Shown here piece after piece: positions 27,066 to 38,921 of a stretch of DNA of 64,000 nucleotides. The position numbers and the translations under genes were made by a program. This DNA comes from Trichoplax adhaerens. Its lineage: Eukaryota > Animalia > Placozoa. The stretch covers positions 456,197-520,196 of the forward strand of contig NW_002060970.1 of NCBI RefSeq assembly GCF_000150275.1, given 5' to 3'. The notes under the pieces are model-generated. The model did no database searches. It saw nothing but the letters and a program-made list of their open reading frames with translations, and was not told where the DNA came from. Every line of letters begins with the position of its first letter. Positions within the stretch are counted from its first letter, which is position 1.

Positions 27066-28720
27066 CAGATATAAACTATGCCCAATTTCTCAAATATTTT
27101 TTTAATCAGTTATCTTACTGGATTTTAAGGAAATCTAAAATAAATACGTAATAGTCAATTAATACTTTAAATTTCTATTTACATTAGAACTAGGATTCAC
27201 TATTTATTCGCGGCAAGGTCTCTGCAAAGATCTATACTAAAACTAAACATACAAATCTGTATTTGGTGTTGCTACCATAGACATAAAGAACACTTGCACA
27301 ACGATTAGGCATGCTGGCAACGAGTTATTCTAAAAACAATGTTTTGATAACATACCATTCTTTTGAACTTTCTCCCATAAATCATTCATGATACGCGGAT
27401 TTTACTTATGAACTCTTCTGTTCATAAAGTCCTATATATTTTCAGTAGAATTTAAATCAGGAGACTGCAATGGCTATTTCATAATATTAACTTCATTTTC
27501 CTGAAACCAGTCTTTCGTTAATCTTGCTACATGTGGAGCGCAGTTGTCTTGTTAAAAAATCGAACCCTTACGAAGCGCGAATGAATCTTTCCTTGGAATT
27601 GTAGCTTTCTAAGAATGTTGTATATCCCTTGGCATTTATACTACGATCGGTTCTATGGAGTAGTCCAAGATCTTAATGACAGAAATAACCCAGACCGTGA
27701 TTTCTCTTTTAGTAGACTTCACCGTACGAGCTATACAATTTTCGTTAAATTCTTCTCCTTGCATTTTCCGAACGTATCAACGTACGTCTGACTTAAAAGA
27801 GGAAAATTTTGATTCATCACTGAATAGTACTTTCGCCTACTGTTCTTCAGTTCAATTTTGATGCTTTTTTGCGAACTTAATACGATCTATATGACGAATT
27901 GGCGTAAGATGACGCTTAGATCATGGCCTACGTCCATATAAGCCAACCTTTCGCAAGCGTCTCGAATTTGTGGTTACAGATACATTTAAACCGTATTCTT
28001 CTCGTAATGCTACAGAAATTTGTGGTGCTGTTTTGAAGCGATCGACGTTAGGCTGAATTATGATCAAATCATCTTCCTTTAGTGTAGTTGACTTTGGTCC
28101 TCCAACACTTTTTAGGTAATAGAGATAGCTTCTTTATTTCGATTTGTTCAAAATGTTAAAAATGGTACGTACTACGGCTGTAAAATCTAATCTCTGACTA
28201 ATTTGACTATTGCTACAGCCTTCGTCTTTCAGTACTACAATCTTGGTTTGGGGAGCTAGGTCAGCTCTACGACCAAGCATGTTCTAATTACGATTAAAAA
28301 TTGTAATGCTAGATAATAGAATTGCAAGCCAGAAATTATAGCAATGATGAATCTTTTTGCATACTCTTCATTTACCTTATTGATCAGTTTTATACCACAA
28401 TGGTTATAGAGTTTGCTAAATCATCAAAGACTACATATTCTCCTCTCTTTACATCTTAAGGTAATTTTGAATACACGAGCGGAGGTCTAGTTATAATAAT
28501 AAATTTATCCGGAATCAACAAATATTTGAATTGTTCTTATTGATTTATACAGCATTGTCTCTACATCATTCACTAACCATTTTAAAACAAAATTGATAAA
28601 TATTATGCTGACTTTAAAACTGTAAATATTCAATTATAAGATTGCACCGTATTTACAAACAACCAACAGGCTACTTTTACTTTTAGCTAGCGTTCTCAAA
28701 AATAAGTATAGTGTTTGCTG
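27066..28720 (-). mobile_element. Decayed Tc1-like DD34E DNA transposon (~1.65 kb)
   Basis: Minus-strand translation of 28280 to ~27259: MLGRRADL...RRLRKVGLYGRRP*...KVLFSDESKF...QDNCAPH...PLQSPDLNSTENI...SMPNRCASV...TKY; 34 residues between D and E; many stops; degenerate TA|CAG...CTG|TA ends (boundaries less certain). Confidence 0.9.
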
Positions 28721-28726
28721 TATAAT

Positions 28727-29165
28727 TGTCACAAATCCCACTTGTGATTTATTTATGTCAGGCGCTATAATAATCGTGTATGTCTTCCTCTAACTTGGAA
28801 ATCTTCTTCTAGGGAAAAACGAACTCTTTCCTCACAGTTACACAACTACTCAGGTTTCTTTCAAACCACTAGCACTTTTTATTCACCAGTCATCTGGTTT
28901 CTAGTCTCTACTAGTTCGCCCTAGCCCGGAGCGACTACTGCTAGCGAATGGCAATTCGCTCGGCCTTTTATACCATCCCACTCATTTGTGGGGCATACTA
29001 GTAAATTGCTCCTTCCACAAATTGTATAAGTTACTATAGGGAGTTACTCCCAGACAATTAACATGATTTAGTATGAGCTTATGGTTGTCTACCAAAATGG
29101 TAAACAACCGGGTTAATTAATTATTATTGCCTAATTTATAATTTACGGAGCTACACTTCGTAACA
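28727..29165 (-). mobile_element. Solo LTR family D
   Basis: TGTCAC...GTAACA; perfect TSD ATAAT; second copy at 56820. Confidence 0.92.
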
Positions 29166-30990
29166 ATAATGCAATGGCGTAAAACAGGGTAATTTCGACT
29201 TCTTCTAAAGAGTTTATTCAAAATATTGAATATAACATTTAGCGCTTATATCTTCTAAGAACATCGTAAATCGCACTTTATGTCTTAGAAAAAAATTGCA
29301 CTCGACAATATCCCAAAAGCTTTGCAATTTTAATGACCGTAATATAGCGTGGGGCTTATTAATAAATAGAATATGCAATTTTTGTTTAAGAGCCTCATTG
29401 AAGCAAATATCATTGTACTATTTATAAGCCTACAAACCACTTTATTCCATATTTAATTTTTTTGCATGCCTCGTTTCCATTTAATAATAAGATTAGCAAC
29501 CCAGAATCAATTTTCTTTTTAACTTTGACCCTTTTATTATCAAACACCGCTTCAATTCCTTTGTGCAGCTTGAGTTGGATTTTACAATGAATTATTGCGC
29601 TACGCGCCGATGTTGTACTTTGTATTCGTAGCATTACTTAGGAACTAATTAAGATAATCCAGCTCGTATTCGAAGCATCGAAAGCAAATACTGTTACTGT
29701 TAGAGGGAAGAATTTCATTCTATTAACTGTATATCCTACTGATATATCAGTATTAAGAGCAAAGTAGATTAGTTTCCGTATATATTAATCAAAGTAAGTA
29801 ACATTCTTAATTTTTTATACTATTGGTATAGCATATCCTGGAGGCTGTATAAAATTGAGGCAAAAGGCATTAATTCATTAACTAACCTAGACTATAATGC
29901 TATCTATCTCAATTTCAACAGATTTAAAAATATCTGCAGTCTAAATTTACCAATTCTAGACTTTGTTTTTAATCAACTTTGGATTGTTGATAGCCCATTC
30001 TTCTATTAAAGAATTTATTGATATCAAAGGCATCATGAATAAGACTGTCGAATATATTAAAATGGAAGTCGTAAAAGTGATTTTCGCTACCATGTAATGA
30101 AAGAGTCTCAAATTAACCATCTTAGTCGAATAGTATTTTCTAAAAGGTTTTTATTACTAGGTTTTAGGAATAGTAGAGCCATAATTAATTACTAAAAGAA
30201 TATAGCCTAAAATCTAAAGTATTCCGGGTTCAAAGCGAACTGAAGTCTCTTCTCTCTCGTAAGCTCATCTCTACATCCTTTATATACATTTCGCTAAATC
30301 CATTTATGACAACTTGATTAATCTACAATCAGACATGAGTCATCAAACAAAATACTTTTCTCAAATAGTACATCATTATCTTCTGCAATCTAAATTATTC
30401 TGCTTAAGATGTCATCACTCTTCTATTAACGTCTAGCCCCTTTCTCTGAAGGGCATCTTAACAACTACAGTGTTTTTAGCCATACAAATCTTATTCCGTA
30501 ATTATTCAACTGGCTAATATCAGTCATCAACAATTTCTAATATGGTCATTAGCGATCATCTAATATTAGTTTCACGATAATATCTATTCAGAGTAACCTA
30601 ACTACATCAAATATAGATATCCTTATAATCAAATATGGGTGCATCACGACATAACATCTTTAACATTTAATTATAAATGCATGCATTTGTTGCCGATTGT
30701 TACGCCTGGAAGTCATTGTAATTGAAATATGATAAAGTGTCACCTATTAAATATAATAATGAACAAACCAATTATTTTAGTAATCAACTTTCAATGCGAT
30801 CTATGTTAATATTATCTTTTGCAAACTCATTGTAGATTCTAGAAGGCCTGTGAGAATAGTTAATCCATACGTGTATTAAGTAATTTCATCGTGTCTATTT
30901 ACATATAGATTCGTTCTACTTAGGCTATCTAAAATACGCAAAACTTAAAGTTACTGAAATTTTGAAGAGATAAACCCTCACATATACGAT

Positions 30991-31270
30991 AAGGACGTTA
31001 ACTCTGCTATAATATATCTAAACTTTAGCAAAATTCCCGTCGATAGAAATCTAACTACGAAAAATTCCAATGGCTCTAGCACAATCACATTGGCTGCTCT
31101 ACCTTTTACTCTCTTTCTCTGCTTTGTCGGTATCGTACTTAACAGCATCATTTGTTACACGATTATTCGTCGTTCTAGTCTTCATGTTCCTACATATATA
31201 TTCATATGTAATATGGCAATATCCGATACGCTTGCGTTAGTAGGAGTGATTATTTATTCATTTATGACCG
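30991..31270 (+). pseudogene. 5' fragment (N-terminus to TM2) of a near-identical copy of the 40615 GPCR, disrupted by LTR insertion
   Basis: ATG changed to AAG at 30991; 31021-31270 differs from the 40615 gene at about 4 positions; homology stops abruptly at ...atgaccg|TGTCACGG. Confidence 0.9.
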
Positions 31271-31643
31271 TGTCACGGTACCTTTTTGCCGTGATGAGTT
31301 AGAAGTGTTATGGTGTTTGTTATAGATAGTAATTGAAGTGTTATGGTGTTTGTTATTGATGGAAATTGATGTGTTATGATGTTTGTTAGTAAGGTGTTTT
31401 GATGATCAACTGTCCTTAGTTATTTTGTATGTATTCGAATAGGAGGATAGACTAGATAAATATAAATCTTGATGATGTGCAACCTTTGTGTTAGAGAGTT
31501 GTTTATGCTGACACGATTTGTAGTCGTGTTGTAAGATTATTACTGGATAGGAGGTTATGGTTGTGAGATCTCCTACGTGAGATTAATGTAAATAGTAAAT
31601 ATCTTAGAAAGTATATAAAGGCTAACTATGATGCCATGTGGAC
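31271..31643 (+). mobile_element. LTR inserted into GPCR copy; runs into gap
   Basis: Starts TGTCACGG exactly at the loss of GPCR homology; internal 33-bp tandem repeat; gtatataaag at 31611. Confidence 0.75.
31302..31389 (+). repeat. 33-bp tandem repeat, about 2.7 copies, inside LTR
   Basis: gaagtgttatggtgtttgttatagatagtaatt-like units start at 31302, 31335 and 31368. Confidence 0.9.
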
Positions 31644-32319
31644 NNNNNNNNNNNNNNNNNNNNNNNNNNNNNNNNNNNNNNNNNNNNNNNNNNNNNNNNN
31701 NNNNNNNNNNNNNNNNNNNNNNNNNNNNNNNNNNNNNNNNNNNNNNNNNNNNNNNNNNNNNNNNNNNNNNNNNNNNNNNNNNNNNNNNNNNNNNNNNNNN
31801 NNNNNNNNNNNNNNNNNNNNNNNNNNNNNNNNNNNNNNNNNNNNNNNNNNNNNNNNNNNNNNNNNNNNNNNNNNNNNNNNNNNNNNNNNNNNNNNNNNNN
31901 NNNNNNNNNNNNNNNNNNNNNNNNNNNNNNNNNNNNNNNNNNNNNNNNNNNNNNNNNNNNNNNNNNNNNNNNNNNNNNNNNNNNNNNNNNNNNNNNNNNN
32001 NNNNNNNNNNNNNNNNNNNNNNNNNNNNNNNNNNNNNNNNNNNNNNNNNNNNNNNNNNNNNNNNNNNNNNNNNNNNNNNNNNNNNNNNNNNNNNNNNNNN
32101 NNNNNNNNNNNNNNNNNNNNNNNNNNNNNNNNNNNNNNNNNNNNNNNNNNNNNNNNNNNNNNNNNNNNNNNNNNNNNNNNNNNNNNNNNNNNNNNNNNNN
32201 NNNNNNNNNNNNNNNNNNNNNNNNNNNNNNNNNNNNNNNNNNNNNNNNNNNNNNNNNNNNNNNNNNNNNNNNNNNNNNNNNNNNNNNNNNNNNNNNNNNN
32301 NNNNNNNNNNNNNNNNNNN
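31644..32319. other. Assembly gap
   Basis: N run. Confidence 1.
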
Positions 32320-33074
32320 TTTTTTCGTGAAGTTTACATTGCTAAATAATTATTATGAAATTTTGGAATTTAGGCGATAAATGATTTAGTACCCTTTTAA
32401 TTTCGATATCCATAGAAAGTGGATGTTACTATCTTGGCATAAAAATAAGTGATAACTTACATTTAGTGGAAGGTTTGATTAGCGTTGAGTAATAAATTGT
32501 TATTTTTGTGCAGAAATATGCTTTGCTTTATTATTGGATCAGCACAAACAGAAATTAATAACTATTTACTAAATGCTAACTATAACATAAAAGTTCTGCT
32601 AGCAACATAACACTATCAAATCGCTTTCATGACTAAATGATGGTTAATAAGATGTTCATATTTCGCTAAAAGTTAAATTGACTTTTCAATCGATTGTAAT
32701 TAGCCAGACAAAGCTTATAACATTCGCTTTCGATGCCTTAAACGTATTCTTATGCTTCGTGAAAAATTTCATCTTGAATTACTTAATCTATATAATGTAC
32801 ATAAAGTAGAAGCCGATTTTTTATAACTTCTATCACAGCCAGACAGAGAGTGGGAGGGAAAAACTACGCATACCGTAAGAATCAGCATTAAGCGTAAATG
32901 GCTCTCTTCGACTTTATAATGGCGACAAATTTTTGATTAAAATGCTTTAACCTCTACACTGCTAAACTCTATAATATCTCGATTAACTGAAAATAGTAAA
33001 AGATTTCGCCTATTAAGATCTGGATTAGAAGATTATGAAACTTTCAGGAGAAATTCATCAAATCACCTGGCTCA

Positions 33075-33616
33075 ACTAAGGCTTTAACTACGACATCAGA
33101 AAGGACTACGCTGGCAATTCCAAGAAGACCATCGGTAAAGTGTATAGAGTCTGCCCTCATTACAGAGCGAAGAAATTTTCTCGAGAAGCAAAGGCCTCTG
33201 CTGCAAAGGAGGCAAGAACAAGATTGAACCTCTCTTCTAACCTCCTGATATATTGAAGACTCTCCTCACAGACGATTCGTCAGATGCAAAGCATTTTCGA
33301 GAAAACGCTTGCAATTACAACTCGACCTTTATGTTCACGAGCTTCAGATATGACCAGAATCTCACCCATCGCATGTTCTTCATCGTTTTTAAAATTTATG
33401 GCCAAGTTTATCACCGTATTAGCGGTCTTCAAGCTATTCCGAACGAAGAACCAAAGTATGTACAAGTCTACTTTATTGGTGGGGCCAGAGAAGTTAATCT
33501 AAGTTGCGCTCTGAATAACAGAGTCAAGCAGAACATCATTCTCAACCTTCAGGAGATGTCGCACTCCGTTTACACATTCATGGAAAGCTTCAAATCCGCT
33601 CTTGAGAACATGATCG
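33075..33616 (+). mobile_element. Helitron RepHel N-terminal fragment (pseudogenic)
   Basis: GFNYD..KDY...IGKV.RVCPH.RAKKF..E...LCCKGGK...PPDILKTLL...KHF...YNS.F.FTSF...FKIYGQVYHRI...PKYVQVYFIG matches the pattern I recall for Helitron N-termini; frameshift and stop; more GC-rich than flanks. Confidence 0.85.
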
Positions 33617-34160
33617 TGTAATGAAATGAAAAGTGTAGAAACCAAGCTACTAAATTTCTTAAAAACTTTGATTCAACTTTCTTTGCACTCTGGTCGACTT
33701 AACAAAACTTTTACAACAAATAATATTGGGGAAACAACCGATCAACAATTTATTAAGAAAATGTGAGGAAGTCAGATTAAACAATCTTCCAAATACGTAA
33801 TTCTAAGTACTATTAGTAAAGAAATAAAAAAAAACGACAGAATTGAAACTTACAACAACCAAGTAACCTAACAAAAAGAAGAACGCTTAAACATACAACA
33901 GTTCGACCCCGAAGGCCTTTAAATTTTAACAAGTCCTTCAAAAGAATCTTCTTTTACTCTCTAATAAATCTGAATCCGTTTTCTGATTGCACTATCATTT
34001 ATAGGCTTCGCAAAATCCCTAGTGGTACTTAAAACTAAATATTTATTAACCAATCACTCTTAAGACCCATTTTACAAAACTATTTTGCACCAATTAAGAA
34101 AGCAAAAATCATTCAAAGTTCAGACACAAATTACCTTATGATTCCCTTACAAAATACTAT
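33617..34160 (-). mobile_element. LTR-like family B, copy 1 (may extend to ~34585); truncates the Helitron fragment
   Basis: TGTAATGAAATGAAAAGTGTAGA terminus shared with 36166; ~540 bp colinear homology; no TSD found. Confidence 0.7.
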
Positions 34161-35903
34161 AAAACCATCAAACTAACTATAAAATACCTCAAGCTATACT
34201 TCTAACGTAATTTCCGATCATTATCCATTACAAGAGTCTAAAAATTAATCTTTAAACATCAAGATTTAGTCATAAAAATAACATCCTAACTACTTAACAA
34301 TCAATACAACCTCTACCGTTTGCCATCTTATCTTCTATTTTCTCAACATAACTTTCCTGATGTAACTTTCATGTCACTTCATAAAATTTCGAAGGTTCAA
34401 ATTCACAACAAACTGTTCAAATTTTAAAAGTCAACTCTTATAACGTTTTTCAAAAATTAAAATCCAATTATAAGAAAAATTTTTTTAAATTAAAATTAAA
34501 ACTATATCGGACATAAATCCGAATTCGAAAAATTCCAATTTTGTAAAGATCACAGTAATCGCTTATCAAAAAATTTTATATGACAACTATGACTACTTTT
34601 TTGGGACATTAGTATTGACAGTTGATATTTCAGCGTGAAGTTGTACAGTAACTGTACGATTACAGCCAACATTACAGTACTTTACTGTCATGTTATAAAT
34701 CCCCTTTCTCTATGGATAGGGTTTTGTTACTAAGTCAAATTGATCTATAATATCAGAATATTATGAAACGCCGTTTCTTTAGATTAGGCGATTGCTCTTA
34801 GGTCATTCCTATAGTAATCTATATATAATACTTTGTAAATTAATGAATAAGATAAGATGGCGACATAAAGATTCGGCAGGGTGAAACTAATAGAAATTAT
34901 GACTTTCCAGGTATTTTCCGTAGTAAATTAAAATATTTACATGCTAAAAGCTATAAAGGACTGCTTTTAGTCCTTTATTATAATCGAGCACTGAATTATG
35001 GTTGATGCCAACAAGAGATATTATACCGAGCACCGCCGACGCCTCATTGCTTCGACGAAAATCTTAGTTGCTTTACTCGAGGTCGGAGAGCTAACAAACG
35101 CACGACATCCTGTTATTGCAGCGAGGCAACTAACTTATCTATGGTTATATAGCTAATAAGATGGGATGTATGGTGTAATTGAATCATAATAAATTGCGAA
35201 TTTTGGGCGCGAGTATCTTAAAATTTTGATTAAGCTCGATGAAATAAGCAGCAAACAGACGGATAGGTGTTAAAAAATATGTTATAGATTAATAGTAGTT
35301 ACAATTAATCTGCCAACTCTTATTGCCTATAATTTTGTAAATGGAAATGCTTATTTACATCAAAATCAATATGAGTGCACTATCTCACATATAATTATAA
35401 TTATAGCTGAAAGTACTAAGTATCGTCAATAATAGCCTTCTGTACTAGAACATTTTAGAACGAAACAGTTTGGGCTTAGTCCTTTATTGGATCCGTTCAT
35501 TAATTGCTTACTCAATAATTATCATATAAACAGAAAGGATAAGCATTATGTTACTTACAGCAATGACGTCAATTATTTGTATTTCTATTTACCCGATATA
35601 AATTGATTGCCGTACAAACAGGATAATAAGTAACCAGGTACTCAGAATGGTAAATACTCATATAAGACCAAGAGTACGAAATAGGCAATTTTTAAACTTT
35701 CTTTTAAAATTTTTTATTTAATGGATATCTGTCATGCATGATACACACGAAGTAATTCGGACCGCTTTTCCGTGATTAATTTAAAAAAATGAATATGCAG
35801 CCTTTGCACCTGAATTAATTACATATGACAAAAATTGTCAATTTGGTATTAGGGTTAGTATAGTGAAAAAAGCTTAATTTAAGCAAGTCCTGGCGCAACA
35901 TGC

Positions 35904-36165
35904 TGTAATGTAACTTAGTATTGTGATTGTGATTGTAGACTGTTAGCCATGTTTAGTATAATGTACGGTAGATATTTATCCTAAGAGATATTTGGTAGCT
36001 ATAGCTATAGACTGTAGTGGTAGAGACTCTATGCTAGAGTACAGATGACTATATACAGTAAGCTGTTGAGTTACTGATAAGGCTATAGGTAAAAATAGAA
36101 CTGTAAATCATATATTAGGATATGGTTAATTCATTGTACTTTGGCTGGTGTGAATAATGTCTACG
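35904..36165 (+). mobile_element. 5' part of LTR family A, interrupted by LTR family B
   Basis: Matches 17483 onward; breaks at aatgtctacg|TGTAATGAAATG. Confidence 0.85.
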
Positions 36166-36697
36166 TGTAATGAAATGAAAAGTGTAGAGATCAAGCTACA
36201 AAACTTTAACAAACTTTGATTCTACTTTCGTTGCACTCCGGTCGACTTAACGCTAATACTTTGACACCAAATTAAATTTGGGGAAATAACCGAACAACAA
36301 TTTATTACAAAACAAAAATGGAGAGAAGTATAAACCGAACAACCTTACAAATACTTAGCTTTAAGTATTATTAAAATAAATGACAGACTTAAAAACTGTC
36401 AACGACCAAACAACCTTTCAAAAAGAATAACGTTTTAACTAACGATAATTCGACCCCGAAGGCCTTTTAAATTCAACAAGTTCTTCAAATAAAATCTTCT
36501 TCTACTCTCCCTCTAAATTTTCTAATGGCACTATCATTTATAGGCTTCGTAGAGCCGTCTGAGGTATTTAAAACTAAACAATTGCTAACCAATCGCTCTC
36601 AAGATCCATTATAGAAAACTACTTTGCACCATTTAAGAAAACAAAAATCATTCAAAGTTCAGACACAATTTACCCTATAATTCCCTTACAAAACACT
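36166..36697 (-). mobile_element. LTR-like family B, copy 2, inserted in LTR A and itself truncated
   Basis: Homologous to 33617-34160. Confidence 0.7.
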
Positions 36698-37051
36698 TGT
36701 TACACTTTCTTGTTTATCGTAACAATAATTTAATAGTCCAGTAGGGCTTGAGTACTGAACAATCACGAGTCCAATAGAGCTTAAGTACCGAACTAACTTT
36801 ATTATGCGTTAGGAGCCGTTATATATAAGAGACAGTTAGCAGTAATGTGCAATAACGGACATACCATGAATGTTAACGATAATCTTATCTTATTCATAAT
36901 AAGATAACAACTTATTTTCTTAGATATGCTATCTAGGACTTAATCGTCATCATTACAGAACAACTGCAGAAATATACTGAATAAACAGGCTTATTCAATA
37001 TGATAGATCTTATCCATACTATGTCTACAATAACTGTATTATTTCGTAACA
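36698..37051. mobile_element. Candidate solo LTR (family C)
   Basis: TGTTAC...GTAACA inverted ends; starts where family B homology ends; TSD unclear (acact/cacac). Confidence 0.5.
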
Positions 37052-37168
37052 CACACTTTTTTATTTTGACTCCATCTGAACTATTTTAGCTGTACAACTT
37101 CGCATTTGCAACTAGTATGATATGCGTGAATCCGACTGGTAAAACACTTTTAAGCTCTTTATCAGCCC

Positions 37169-37533
37169 TGTGATATATACCGATCACGATATTTCAAATT
37201 TTTAGAAAAACAAGGGCTTTATTGAATCTTATACAAAGATTAACTACACACAACTCTACTCTAGCCGGATACTACTTCTAAAGACTTCTAGAACGAACTA
37301 ACAGAATAAACTAAAGTTACATGCTTTTATACTTTTTGTAGCATTCGCAGCTACAATTTGTATGGCAACCTTTTACCTGATATTACACATAGTTAAATTA
37401 TTCTTAGTAACACTACTATACTGCGGACCATCATTAATCCGATAAGGATACGACTACAATATTTACGTAGACATTATTCACACCAGCCAAAGTACAATGA
37501 ATTAACCATATCCAAGTATATGATTACAGTCAA
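37169..37533 (-). mobile_element. LTR family A, partial (runs into gap)
   Basis: TGTGATATATAC terminus; high similarity to the 37632 copy. Confidence 0.85.
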
Positions 37534-37583
37534 NNNNNNNNNNNNNNNNNNNNNNNNNNNNNNNNNNNNNNNNNNNNNNNNNN
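37534..37583. other. Assembly gap (50 N)
   Basis: N run. Confidence 1.
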
Positions 37584-37631
37584 TAATCAGTTATCTTACT
37601 GGATTTTAAGGAAATCTAAAATAAATACGTA

Positions 37632-38166
37632 TGTGATATATACCAATCACGAAATTCCAAATTTTAGAAAAATAAGGGCTTTATTGAATCTTATACAAAG
37701 ATTAACTACACAGCTCTACTCTAGCCGAATACTACTTCTAAAGACTTCTACAACGAACTAACAGAATAATCTAAAGTTGCATGCTTTTATACTTTCCGTA
37801 GCATTCGCAGCTACAATCTGCATGGCAACCTTTTACCTTATTTTACACATAGTTAAATTATTCTTAGTAAGACTATTCTACTGCGGACCATCATTAATCC
37901 AATATGGATACGACTACAGTACTTACATAGACATTATTCACACCAGCCAAAGTACAATGAATTAACCATATCCTAATATATGATTTACAGTTCTATTTTT
38001 ACCTACAGCCATATTAGTAACTCAACAGCTTACTGTATATAGTCATCTGTACTCTAGCATAGAGTCCATACCACTACAGTCTATAGTTACAGCCACCAAA
38101 ATATCTATCGTACATTATACTAAACATAGCTAATAGTCTACAATCACAATACTAAGTTACTTTACA
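37632..38166 (-). mobile_element. Solo LTR family A with non-matching flanks
   Basis: Complete TGT...ACA ends; flanks acgta/ttgct do not form a TSD. Confidence 0.88.
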
Positions 38167-38358
38167 TTGCTCATAATTTCGTTTATTATTTTATAATGTA
38201 ATTATTTTTAAATAATGCCAAGGTCTTAAAATACCATAATCTCGTATAAATATAATTTAGGTTAGCAACTCAAGTAAGAGTTTATTATTTACCTTTCTAC
38301 GTTATTCAGTCTAAGCACTTGTAATGATTTCAGCTAATTACAGTAGTTAAATACCTGA

Positions 38359-38921
38359 TGTGATATAATACTCGATCACGAATATTCCAAGTTGTAGAAA
38401 ATTAGAACTTTATTAGATTTAATACAAAGACTAGCAACACACAGCTCTATTCTAGCCAAATACAACTACCGAAAGAGTTCTACAAAGTGCAACCAGATAA
38501 TTTAATGTTTCCAGCTTTTATACAGTCCGTAGTCTTTCAGCTACAATCAGCATAGCAGCATTCTACCAAAATTTACACATAGTCTAATTATTATTAATAA
38601 CAACATTTTACGGCGGATCATCATTAATCCGATATGGAAACAACTACAGTATTTTCTTAGATATTATTCTTAGCAGTCAAAGTACGGTAAACTAAGCATA
38701 TGCTAATGTATGGATTACAGTTCAATTTTTACCTGTAGCCTTAATAGTAACTCAACACCTTACTATATATAGTCATCTGTACTGTAACTTAGAATTTACC
38801 ATTACAGTTCATAGTAGCGAGCTACCGAATACGTCTTAAGATAAATATAGAAAGTTACGCTTCCGTACATCTTACTAAATATAGCTAAAAGTCTACAATC
38901 ACAGTACTAAGTTACGTTACA
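38359..38921 (-). mobile_element. Solo LTR family A (older subfamily)
   Basis: TGT...ACA ends; flanks cctga/tctgg (degenerate). Confidence 0.85.

Noticed and set aside
27676-27861. 61-aa plus-strand ORF
   Set aside because: Antisense to the Tc1 transposase
31302-31389. CRISPR-like repeat
   Set aside because: Eukaryotic context; contiguous tandem units without unique spacers; lies inside an LTR
31628-32380. ORFs of 230-250 aa (also 52843-53184)
   Set aside because: Artefacts of translating through N gaps
33280-33502. Alternative-frame ORFs
   Set aside because: Overlap the Helitron frame and have no independent features
33617-38921. LTR pairs as the ends of a full-length retrotransposon (B-B or A-A)
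   Set aside because: Copies are too diverged or too close; no gag/pol, PBS or shared outer TSD seen. The true size of the 37534 gap is unknown, so this is not fully excluded there
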